Assembly: GCA_030639305.1 (NCBI GenBank)
Contig: DAOWCY010000012.1
Span: 954 to 64,953, forward strand
From: Candidatus Aminicenantes bacterium
GTDB lineage: Bacteria; Acidobacteriota; Aminicenantia; UBA2199
Direction: 5' to 3'
DNA: 64,000 nucleotides
Positions 17,161 through 25,160 of the stretch are shown in pieces. The translations under genes were made by a program, and so were the position numbers. How positions within the stretch are numbered: the first letter of the stretch is position 1; the number at the start of each line of letters is the position of its first letter. The notes under the pieces were generated by a model that saw only the letters and a program-made list of their open reading frames with translations, was not told the DNA's origin and ran no database searches.

Positions 17161-18048
17161 ATGAAAAAAGGGAAAAAGTATATACCTGGCTATCAACCGG
17201 TGAATCACCACGACCCCACCGGACAACAGATCGACGATGCAGCCGTCAAGCGCTATTTTGATAGTGCAAGGATTGGCTCAGGAGCCAATGTCAGTATTCT
17301 AGCCCATGAGCACAATCTCCCGGCCAGTGCGGCCAGATATCGGCTGCACAAAGAGATACGAACTATCAGTGATTGGCTCAACGCGGTGTATGACTCGGGG
17401 CGAGTGCTTGATGTTGGCTGTGGTGCAGGGACCTGGACAGAGATATTCGCCAGGCGCTATAAGACTGTCATAGGAATCGAGCAAAGTAGCCTGATGTTGA
17501 AGGCTGCCAGGGAAAGGGTGGCTCGTCTGCCCAATGTTAAGATACTCGAAGGTGACGGTCGACATGACCTTCCGGAAGGCGCCTTCGACATGATCTTCCT
17601 GGGTGGCCTGTGTATGTATCTGAATGACCTCGACGTTATGGCGCTGCTCCACTCTTTGAAAAACCGTCTTATTGAAGGGGGGTCGATTATCCTCCGCGAA
17701 TCGACTGTACATCAGGGTGTATCCCTATCACGGGGTGAGTATCAGGCAGTCTACCGAAGTGTAAACCTGTACCGTCAATTGTTCGATGGCGCGGGTTCCT
17801 TTCGTGTGGAAGTGCGGCGGAACTTCGGTTACACCAATTTGGTGACTGCAGAGGAGTTGGTTAATCTGCGTCGCAGGTGGCTGCCATTCTTACCCGGGGA
17901 TTCTACCACGCTTGGCTCCTTGACGTGGTGGGTGCTCAGAGGGACCGCGCCGATAAGCTTCTGGGCTCTGCCGCGGCTGCTCTCCCAACTCAACATCCCG
18001 TGGCCCGGATTACAAAATCACTTCTTCAGGCTGCGCCTTGTTGATTAA
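17161..18048 (+). CDS. Class I SAM-dependent methyltransferase
   Basis: VLDVGCGAG motif I, GIEQS, FDMIFLGGLCMYL. Confidence 0.9.
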   Translation: MKKGKKYIPGYQPVNHHDPTGQQIDDAAVKRYFDSARIGSGANVSILAHEHNLPASAARYRLHKEIRTISDWLNAVYDSGRVLDVGCGAGTWTEIFARRYKTVIGIEQSSLMLKAARERVARLPNVKILEGDGRHDLPEGAFDMIFLGGLCMYLNDLDVMALLHSLKNRLIEGGSIILRESTVHQGVSLSRGEYQAVYRSVNLYRQLFDGAGSFRVEVRRNFGYTNLVTAEELVNLRRRWLPFLPGDSTTLGSLTWWVLRGTAPISFWALPRLLSQLNIPWPGLQNHFFRLRLVD

Positions 18049-18059
18049 TAAGTACCTGT

Positions 18060-18127
18060 GGGGTCAAGTCTTGTTTTAACACATTTTGGTAACTCAAATG
18101 TTGCAAAACAAGACTTGACCCCGATAG
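18060..18127. repeat. Repeat family A, inverted doublet
   Basis: GGGGTCAAGTCTTGTTTTAACACATTT...AAATGTTGCAAAACAAGACTTGACCCC. Confidence 0.9.
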
Positions 18128-18137
18128 GTATATTAAT

Positions 18138-18166
18138 TTTACTTTTGCCCCCTTTTGGTATATAAT
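18138..18166 (+). promoter_or_regulatory. Candidate sigma70 promoter
   Basis: TTTACT-N17-TATAAT. Confidence 0.55.
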
Positions 18167-18176
18167 CGACAATAAT

Positions 18177-19778
18177 ATGAAAGAGGATAAAATGGAACGC
18201 TTTTTTAATACAGCAGGGCCGGTAAACCGCAAGGACCATTACTGCATAGAGCCTTTAACCCGGTTCGACCTGGACGAAATCCTATCCCTGATCAACCAAA
18301 AAAAATATTTCGTGCTCCACGCTCCCAGGCAAACGGGTAAGACTTCCTATATGCTGGCCCTGATGGATTATATCAATAAACGGGGCGCCTATAAATGCCT
18401 GTATGTCAACGTAGAGTCCGCCCAGGCTGCCAGGGGAAATGTGGAAAAAGGCATACGCGCTATCCTGGATGTAACCGCGGGTATGGCCGCCGACTATCTC
18501 GACGACACTTACCTGCTGGATAACTGGGAACAAATTTTCAATAAAAGCGGTGAATATTCGGCCTTTTTTACCGCACTAAAAAATTGGTCGAAACAAAGCT
18601 CCAAACCCCAGGTGCTGTTTATCGACGAGATCGATGCCCTGGTAGGAGATACCTTGATCTCCGTACTGCGGCAATTGCGCAGCGGTTATACTATGCGCCC
18701 GGAATTGTTTCCCCAGAGTGTCGTTTTATGCGGCGTTCGAGATGTGCGGGACTACCGTATCTATTCGGAAAAAGACAAAGACATCATAACCGGCGGCAGC
18801 GCTTTTAACGTCAAGGCCGAATCTTTGCGAATGGGTAGTTTTACCGCCGCGGAAATAAATACGCTGTATAACCAACATACAAAGGAAACAGGCCAGGAGT
18901 TTGATGATGCTGTATTTCCCCTGGTCTGGGAGTTGACCGAAGGACAGCCCTGGTTGGTCAACGCCCTGGGATATGAAGTTTGCTTTAAAATGAAAGAGGG
19001 ACGTGACCGGGCCAAAACCGTTACCGCGGATAAAATCGAACAGGCCAAAGAGAATCTCATCATGCGGCGGGAAACCCACTTAGACCAACTTGCCGATAAG
19101 TTAAAAGAAAAACGGGTGATCCGGGTACTGGAACCCATCCTTTCCGGCTTCGGGGATGTGGAAAAAATCCCCACCGACGATATCGATTATGCCGTAGATT
19201 TAGGATTGATAAAAAAAGAACGCCAGATCAGGATTTCCAACAAGATATACAAAGAAGTAATACCCAGGGAATTGACCTACAGCGCCCAGTTGACCATTCT
19301 ACAGGAAGCCCCCTGGTATATGAATGAAGACGGCAGCCTGGATATGGATAAGCTTTTGACATCGTACCAGGATTTTTTCCGGAAACACTTCGAAAGTTGG
19401 GTGGACGGTTTCGATTATGCGGAAGCGGGGCCGCAATTGCTGCTGCAAGCTTTTTTACAGCGTATCGTCAACAGCGGCGGCCGGGTGGAAAGGGAGTACG
19501 GCCTGGGCAGGCAGCGTACCGATTTGCTGTTGACCTGGCCCCACCGGGAGGGCGTTCAACAAGTCGTGCTGGAATTGAAAATCCGCCACCTGCATTACGG
19601 CCTGGATACGGTTATCGAAGAGGGCCTGGAACAAACCTGGGGATATATGGATAAATGCGGCGCCCATGAGGGCTGCCTACTGGTTTTCGATAGATCTGAT
19701 ACGTTAACCTGGGAGGAGAAAATATTCAAAAAAGAAGAGATATATAATAATGTAAAGATCGGTGTTTACGGTATGTAA
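18177..19778 (+). CDS. AAA-like ATPase with C-terminal PD-(D/E)XK domain
   Basis: FFNTAGP, HAPRQTGKT, LFIDEIDAL, REYGLGRQRTDLL...VLELK; alternative start 18192. Confidence 0.85.
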   Translation: MKEDKMERFFNTAGPVNRKDHYCIEPLTRFDLDEILSLINQKKYFVLHAPRQTGKTSYMLALMDYINKRGAYKCLYVNVESAQAARGNVEKGIRAILDVTAGMAADYLDDTYLLDNWEQIFNKSGEYSAFFTALKNWSKQSSKPQVLFIDEIDALVGDTLISVLRQLRSGYTMRPELFPQSVVLCGVRDVRDYRIYSEKDKDIITGGSAFNVKAESLRMGSFTAAEINTLYNQHTKETGQEFDDAVFPLVWELTEGQPWLVNALGYEVCFKMKEGRDRAKTVTADKIEQAKENLIMRRETHLDQLADKLKEKRVIRVLEPILSGFGDVEKIPTDDIDYAVDLGLIKKERQIRISNKIYKEVIPRELTYSAQLTILQEAPWYMNEDGSLDMDKLLTSYQDFFRKHFESWVDGFDYAEAGPQLLLQAFLQRIVNSGGRVEREYGLGRQRTDLLLTWPHREGVQQVVLELKIRHLHYGLDTVIEEGLEQTWGYMDKCGAHEGCLLVFDRSDTLTWEEKIFKKEEIYNNVKIGVYGM

Positions 19779-19846
19779 CACTACTTGCCTGGGGAGGTAG
19801 TAAGGGGCGACCCCCTTAGGTTCTAAAGAAAAAAAATTTAGAATTG

Positions 19847-19886
19847 TTGACGAAACAGTCTAAAACATGTACAATATTCCTGTACG
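19847..19886 (+). promoter_or_regulatory. Promoter and probable operator of yefM-yoeB
   Basis: TTGACG-N17-TACAAT; TGTACA/TGTACG hexamers overlap the -10, as in known yefM operators. Confidence 0.65.
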
Positions 19887-19914
19887 TGATTCGCAATTAT
19901 AAAAGGAGGCGCCG

Positions 19915-20193
19915 ATGTTGATACAAACAACTTACACCGATGCAAGGGCACAGTTTGCCAAACTTTGGGATGAAGTGACCAACAACCGGGAAGTGGTTAT
20001 TATAAAAAGAAGGGGAGCCGAAGATGTAGCGCTTATTTCAGCTTCTGAATTAACCGGGCTGCTGGAAACCAGTCATTTATTAAGGTCACCCAAAAATGCG
20101 GAACGTCTATTGGCAGCCTTTGAGCGAGCCGCGAAAAAAAAAGGAATGCCCCAAACGATAGAAGAGTTGAAAAAAGAGGTCGGGGTTGAGTAA
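19915..20193 (+). CDS. yefM: Phd/YefM antitoxin
   Basis: TYTDARAQFAKLWDEV...LETSHLLRSPKNAERL. Confidence 0.95.
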   Translation: MLIQTTYTDARAQFAKLWDEVTNNREVVIIKRRGAEDVALISASELTGLLETSHLLRSPKNAERLLAAFERAAKKKGMPQTIEELKKEVGVE

Positions 20194-20485
20194 AAAAAAG
20201 GCAAAAGATGCTGTAAAACAAAATATCGGGAAAGAGGCGGTATTCCAACCGGAATTCCGGGAAGACCTGCGCTATTGGGTGAAAACCAACCGGAAAGTCG
20301 CCCTTCGAGTCTTTGAGTTGATCGAGGCGATAATGAGGAATCCTTTTACCGGCATCGGCAAACCGGAACCTCTTAAATTCATGCTTTCCGGCGCCTGGTC
20401 GCGCCGCTTAACCCAGGAGCACCGGATTGTTTATGTGGTAAGTAAAAATCGAATCGATTTCTTACAATGCCGTTATCATTATTAA
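20186..20485 (+). CDS. yoeB: Txe/YoeB toxin
   Basis: GIGKPEPLK...WSRRLTQEHRIVY...QCRYHY; TTG start. Confidence 0.95.
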   Translation: MSKKKAKDAVKQNIGKEAVFQPEFREDLRYWVKTNRKVALRVFELIEAIMRNPFTGIGKPEPLKFMLSGAWSRRLTQEHRIVYVVSKNRIDFLQCRYHY

Positions 20486-20554
20486 TAATAATTCCCCACA
20501 AAATGGTTGGCGGCGCATGACTGCTGCATCCTGCCCGCAGCCATGTACCGCCCT

Positions 20555-20717
20555 GCTAATCCGGGTCGCCGGATCACGCCTTTCGGGTTGTCAGATTTCC
20601 GTCACCATTACTGGAAAATGTTAACATGCAAGACCTGACCCCCGGGGTTCGTTCTAACCCGGGTTACCGGACCGCGCCTTACCGAATGTCAAATGTTGAG
20701 ACGCGGCCCCGTTAGAT
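20555..20717 (+). repeat. Repeat family A variants (two diverged long forms)
   Basis: GCTAATCCGGGTC...CAAGACCTGACCCC, then TTCTAACCCGGG...GGCCCCGTTAGAT. Confidence 0.75.
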
Positions 20718-20851
20718 TCGGGGGGATGTTTTTTAGCTCTATTTTGTTTTTTCAGCAAACTTTCACGAATTATTATTAAAAAGGCATTGACAAATACACA
20801 ATTTTATATTATTAAATAAGCGAAGCGAAGATAAAGAAACGAGGTAAAAAT

Positions 20852-21112
20852 ATGTCTAAATCGGTAACAGTAAGCGCGAGGATCGACGTAAGGCTGAAAG
20901 ATGAGGTAGATTCTATTTTTAAATCCATGGGATTATCGGCATCCGAAGCTATCACCATGTTTTATAATATGGTCAGATCTAAAAAAGGGCTTCCTTTCGA
21001 CGAGAGGGTTCCCAACAAAGAAACCGTCCAGGTTTTTAATGATACCGATGCAGGCAAAAACTTGAATTATTGCGAGAGTTTTGACCAGATGTTCGAGGAA
21101 CTGGATATTTAA
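20852..21112 (+). CDS. dinJ: RelB/DinJ antitoxin
   Basis: VSARIDVRLKDEVDSIFKSMGLSASEAITMF...GLPF...PNKET. Confidence 0.92.
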   Translation: MSKSVTVSARIDVRLKDEVDSIFKSMGLSASEAITMFYNMVRSKKGLPFDERVPNKETVQVFNDTDAGKNLNYCESFDQMFEELDI

Positions 21113-21378
21113 TGCTGGAGCCGGTTTATACAAACAGGTTCAAAAAGGACTTGAAAAGAGTGAAAAGGCGAAAAAAAGATACCGGGAAGTTAAAAGCAGT
21201 TATGCTCGAATTAGGAAGGGATATGGGTTTGGATCCTCAATATCAAGATCACAAATTAGGAGGCCGGTGGGCAGGCAGAAGGGAGTGTCACATTGAACCG
21301 GATTGGCTGTTGATCTATAAAATAGATGTTCAGTATATTATCTTCGAAAGAACCGGTTCGCATGCCGATCTTTTTTAG
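21112..21378 (+). CDS. yafQ: YafQ-family mRNA interferase
   Basis: DHKLGG...RECHIEPDWLLIY...RTGSHADLF. Confidence 0.95.
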   Translation: MLEPVYTNRFKKDLKRVKRRKKDTGKLKAVMLELGRDMGLDPQYQDHKLGGRWAGRRECHIEPDWLLIYKIDVQYIIFERTGSHADLF

Positions 21379-21437
21379 AGTGCGCTGGATGGTGAGAAAC
21401 AATACCGGGAAATAAATTAGTCTATCCTATTTTCTTC

Positions 21438-21471
21438 CACAAATTTGCACATTCCAACGCACCGGGGCCGG
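21438..21471 (-). repeat. Repeat family C (CCGGTGCGTTGGAATGTGCAAATTTGTG)
   Basis: Exact reverse complement of 42723-42756. Confidence 0.9.
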
Positions 21472-21476
21472 TCGGC

Positions 21477-21504
21477 AAAATGTTAACAAACAAGACCTGA
21501 CCCC
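21477..21504 (+). repeat. Repeat family A variant
   Basis: AAAATGTTAACAAACAAGACCTGACCCC. Confidence 0.8.
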
Positions 21505-21552
21505 AGCAGCATGTGAGGTTTTCGATTTTTCTCAATAATGTCGATAATGTGT

Positions 21553-21581
21553 TTGAAAATTTGTGTGATTCAGTATATAAT
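21553..21581 (+). promoter_or_regulatory. Sigma70 promoter, probably leaderless
   Basis: TTGAAA-N17-TATAAT; ATG 21588 lies 6 nt downstream. Confidence 0.65.
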
Positions 21582-21587
21582 TGTTAT

Positions 21588-21956
21588 ATGGAATTGATGA
21601 GACAAAAAAAACCGCATGGGCCAGGAACACGCGGCACTCCTCTAAATGTCGCCATAAAAAATAAAATATCAACGGTACTCCGGCAAAGAGGAATTGCGGT
21701 TAAAGAAATCATTCTTTTCGGCTCCAGGGCCAGGGGTGATTTCGATAGGCACAGCGATTACGATATCCTGGTCATCATAAAAGAACAGATCGATACCGGG
21801 AAGAAGATCGAAATAACCGAACTTATTCGCACGGAATTGGCAGCGCTTATGATTTCAAGCGATATCGTTTTAAAGTCTCTAAAGGAAGCGGAATACTATA
21901 AAGACAAGATCGGCAGCGTGGTCAGGGAAGCTTTTAAAGAAGGGGTGCCGTTGTGA
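21588..21956 (+). CDS. Minimal nucleotidyltransferase (MNT antitoxin)
   Basis: ILFGSRARGDFDRHSDYDILVII; GTGA overlap with the HEPN remnant. Confidence 0.9.
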   Translation: MELMRQKKPHGPGTRGTPLNVAIKNKISTVLRQRGIAVKEIILFGSRARGDFDRHSDYDILVIIKEQIDTGKKIEITELIRTELAALMISSDIVLKSLKEAEYYKDKIGSVVREAFKEGVPL

Positions 21957-22024
21957 TTGACGCTTATTTAAAAAAGTGGCTGGTTAAAGCCCTGGAAGAT
22001 ATAACCCTGGTTGAGCATGAATAG
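21953..22024 (+). pseudogene. HEPN toxin remnant (first 23 codons)
   Basis: MIDAYLKKWLVKALEDITLVEHE* resembles an HEPN N-terminus and occupies the HEPN position after MNT. Confidence 0.7.
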
Positions 22025-22142
22025 TGAAATACAACTCTCTTTCGATTAATTCTTCTATATTCTTTAGGCGTTTTAAAGGGTCTACCATATAGTGCTTTTC
22101 CGGGAAACATAATCCCGCGGTATTGAAAAATTTGTTTTTCAT
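22011..22142 (-). pseudogene. N-terminal remnant of an AAA-like ATPase (paralog of 18177-19778)
   Basis: MKNKFFNTAGLCFPEKHYMVDPL...ELYFTIHA; homology ends at the start of the HAPRQTGKT Walker A region. Confidence 0.8.
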
Positions 22143-22285
22143 AGTCTTATTTTAAAATAAATCGGTATTCAATTCAATAGCCGGACAGATAAAATACGCA
22201 GTATTTCGTGAAAGTTTTCCAAATTCAGCCCCTTATAGGCTCCCCGCGCCGCAGGGATCATCATTCATCATTCATAACTCATCAT

Positions 22286-23056
22286 TCAGCCCTTCTCACT
22301 CTTCGCCTGCTGCCACAACTCCTCCATCTCATCCAAACCGGCTTTCTCGATATCCCTGCCCTGCTCTTTTAAGCGCTCCTCGATGTAACGGAAACGCTGT
22401 GAAAATTTCTTGTTGGCGCTGCGCAGCGCAAATTCCGGGTTGACACCGGCGAGGCGGGCTACATTGGCAGTGGCAAAAAGAATATCTCCTACCTCTTCGG
22501 AAATTTTCTCCCGGCTGCCTTTCGCGAGCTCCTGCTTGAGCTCTTCCACCTCTTCTTCTATTTTTTCCAAAGCCGCCGGGGGATTATCCCAATCGAACCC
22601 TACACTGGACGCCTGTTCACCCAGCCTTTTGGCAGTAGAAAGGGCCGGCATGGCATCCGGGTAATCGGAAAGAATACTGTCTCTCTTCTTTTCGCTCTTT
22701 TTTATTTTTTCCCAGTTCTGTTTGACCTCCTCCGCGGAGGACACCGTCGCAGTGCCGAAAATGTGCGGATGGCGGTTGATTAATTTTTTGCTGATGGTCT
22801 CGATCACATCCCTGATATCGAAATTATTTTTCTCCTGGTGGATGCGCGATAAAAACACGATCTGCAGCAGCAGGTCGCCTAACTCTTCTTTTTGTTGCGG
22901 CGGCGATTTTTTTTCGATGGCCTCTACCAGCTCGTAAGCCTCCTCGAGCACATACTCTTTCAAAGAACCGGGAGTCTGTTTCCTGTCCCAGGGGCACCCT
23001 TTTACCGGGTTTCTCAACTGTTTCATAATTTTTATTAGATTATTGAATTCTTTCAT
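22286..23056 (-). CDS. mazG: Nucleoside triphosphate pyrophosphohydrolase MazG
   Basis: GCPWDRKQT, EEAYELVEAI, EELGDLLLQIVF, second EEVGD domain; ORF extends to 23101. Confidence 0.95.
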   Translation of the reverse strand: MKEFNNLIKIMKQLRNPVKGCPWDRKQTPGSLKEYVLEEAYELVEAIEKKSPPQQKEELGDLLLQIVFLSRIHQEKNNFDIRDVIETISKKLINRHPHIFGTATVSSAEEVKQNWEKIKKSEKKRDSILSDYPDAMPALSTAKRLGEQASSVGFDWDNPPAALEKIEEEVEELKQELAKGSREKISEEVGDILFATANVARLAGVNPEFALRSANKKFSQRFRYIEERLKEQGRDIEKAGLDEMEELWQQAKSEKG

Positions 23057-23146
23057 CTTGTTTTTTTTTGATTTTTTTGTTATATTATAAGCGTTTCTCA
23101 ATAATAATACTTTTTTGACAGGAGTGCAAGCAGCAGGCGCAGAAAA

Positions 23147-23401
23147 ATGGAGAAAGATATTAAAGCTATCATAGTGATGCTGGCTACCCAGGCGATGATA
23201 AACCTGGGAGAAATTCAGGACCCTATGTCCGGTGAACTTAACGATAATCTCCCGGGCGCCGAAACCTTTATGGACCTACTGGCAGTAGTTGAAGAAAAAA
23301 CCAGGGGAAATCTAACCGCTGAAGAAGAGAAGTTCCTATTCGAGGTCAAGGCGAACCTGGCTAAAGTCTACAAAAAAAAAGTAAATTTAAATACAGGATG
23401 A
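23147..23401 (+). CDS. DUF1844-domain protein
   Basis: LATQAMINLGEIQDP...EEKTRGNLTAEEEKFL. Confidence 0.85.
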   Translation: MEKDIKAIIVMLATQAMINLGEIQDPMSGELNDNLPGAETFMDLLAVVEEKTRGNLTAEEEKFLFEVKANLAKVYKKKVNLNTG

Positions 23402-23405
23402 AACA

Positions 23406-25160
23406 ATGAAGAATAAGGCATTATTAGTTTTTTTAATTTTTTTCTGTACGGTCGCGGTTTTCTCCCGGGGCAATCCCTGGGGCAGCCTGAAGAAGATATA
23501 TTTTTACGACTCTACCCAAAAATACAGCAAAGTGGCCGAGGAATTACAGGCCATTAATTTTGCCGAGATTAACAGGGGTGACCGGAAAGAAATTGCGCAG
23601 CACCTGATAAAATTTGGGGATTACTATTTTTCTAAGAAAAAAAAGGACCTGGCCGAAGCATTTTATAAGAAAGTAGTTAATCTCTCCCCTGAGTACTGGT
23701 ACATCTACAACAAATTGGAGAAGTCCAACCGTTCTAAAGGAAATTCTTTTCCCGATTCTAATAATATTTTCCGGCAGTTGGCAATGACCTTTAAAGATTT
23801 CAGGTCGGCTTTTTTGATGTTGAACGGTTTTATTAATACCTTCTTTTTTTCCGGGATTTTCGTGTTTTTTATATTTTCCATCACTTTGTTTACCAGGTAT
23901 TTTAGATTGGCCGGGAATGACCTTTTGATCGATGACAGCGGAAGACTGGATCTTAAAAAGACAATAATTATGGCCCTGGCGTTATTATGGCCTGTTTTTA
24001 TTTTGTCCGGTTGGTTGGTTTATCCCTTTCTAATAACCGGTTTTTTGTGGAACTATCTAAGTAGTAATGAGAAAAGAACCATAAAATTTGTTTTAGGGTC
24101 GATAATTTTCCTGTCGCTTGTTTACAGCTTGAATCTCTCCTTTGAAAGAACTATCCAGGGCAGGGGTTTCAAAATAATGCAGCAGGTTCAAGACGGCAGT
24201 TTGTTCGATAGGAATGAATATGAAAGATTCGATGATGAATTAAAAGTTCTCCAGGCCTTTAACTATTACGATAATAAACAGTTCGATACGGCTCTCGATA
24301 TTTTAGCAGCCACCGGGGAAAATTATAGGAGCGTGTTAAAGTTCGATCTGCTGGGAAATCTTAATTTCAAGTCCGGGGATATCGATCAAAGTATCAAATA
24401 TTACAAAGATTCTTTGAACCTCGATGAAAAAAATGAGATTGCATTGAACAATTTTGCCCTGGGTCTATCGAGAAACGAAAACCCCGAAGCTTTCGATTCC
24501 TGGGCCAAAAGGTACCCCGGCATTAACGCCTACAAAGATCGGGCGCTGGAACTGCTGGATGTTAAAGAGATACCGGTTATTCTCTGGAAGAGGCTCTTTA
24601 ATTACCCGGGGGAAAAGTATAGTTTGCCCTTGTTTCTAAAAAAGATATTCGCTGAATTTTTTTTATTACCGGTTTTTTATTGTATTTTGTTTTTTGCTGC
24701 CTATATCATGTTGTTAAAGAGGTTCTATGCCAATGTAGGCGATAGTACCTATTGCTCCAAATGTTCGCGGATCATTAAGAAAGCTTCGATACACAAATCC
24801 TATAGATACTGTGATGAGTGTCACCAGTTATTCTTCATTAAAGATGTAATCTTTCTCGAAGCGAAAGTATTAAAGGAAAAAGAGTTAAATAGGAAATTCA
24901 GGAAAAAATATGCTCTTATATTGTTATTGTCGCTTTTCATACCGGGTTTAAACCTGAACTACAGGAATAAGAAATGGTTATTTGTTTTCCTGACATCGGC
25001 GGTTTATTTTTTACTCGGTTTTGCGATTGTGAGTATGATTGTTTTTGATAGGGTATTTGCCGCGGTGCCGATGTTTTTTAATTTTATTGCCGCGGCCGGT
25101 GTCATTTTATATTTTCTCGTTAACCTATTTTCCGTCTTAGGAGTAGAAGATGGCGTTTAA
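23406..25160 (+). CDS. TPR-containing membrane protein with a CxxC...CxxC zinc ribbon
   Basis: Signal peptide, TPR-like helices, TM segments, CSKC...CDEC. Confidence 0.7.
   Translation: MKNKALLVFLIFFCTVAVFSRGNPWGSLKKIYFYDSTQKYSKVAEELQAINFAEINRGDRKEIAQHLIKFGDYYFSKKKKDLAEAFYKKVVNLSPEYWYIYNKLEKSNRSKGNSFPDSNNIFRQLAMTFKDFRSAFLMLNGFINTFFFSGIFVFFIFSITLFTRYFRLAGNDLLIDDSGRLDLKKTIIMALALLWPVFILSGWLVYPFLITGFLWNYLSSNEKRTIKFVLGSIIFLSLVYSLNLSFERTIQGRGFKIMQQVQDGSLFDRNEYERFDDELKVLQAFNYYDNKQFDTALDILAATGENYRSVLKFDLLGNLNFKSGDIDQSIKYYKDSLNLDEKNEIALNNFALGLSRNENPEAFDSWAKRYPGINAYKDRALELLDVKEIPVILWKRLFNYPGEKYSLPLFLKKIFAEFFLLPVFYCILFFAAYIMLLKRFYANVGDSTYCSKCSRIIKKASIHKSYRYCDECHQLFFIKDVIFLEAKVLKEKELNRKFRKKYALILLLSLFIPGLNLNYRNKKWLFVFLTSAVYFLLGFAIVSMIVFDRVFAAVPMFFNFIAAAGVILYFLVNLFSVLGVEDGV

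Noticed and set aside
911-21504. Bona fide integron cassette array
   Set aside because: No intI or attI in the window; most repeats lack proper R/L box spacing; several units are multi-gene with their own promoters. Kept only as a weak alternative.
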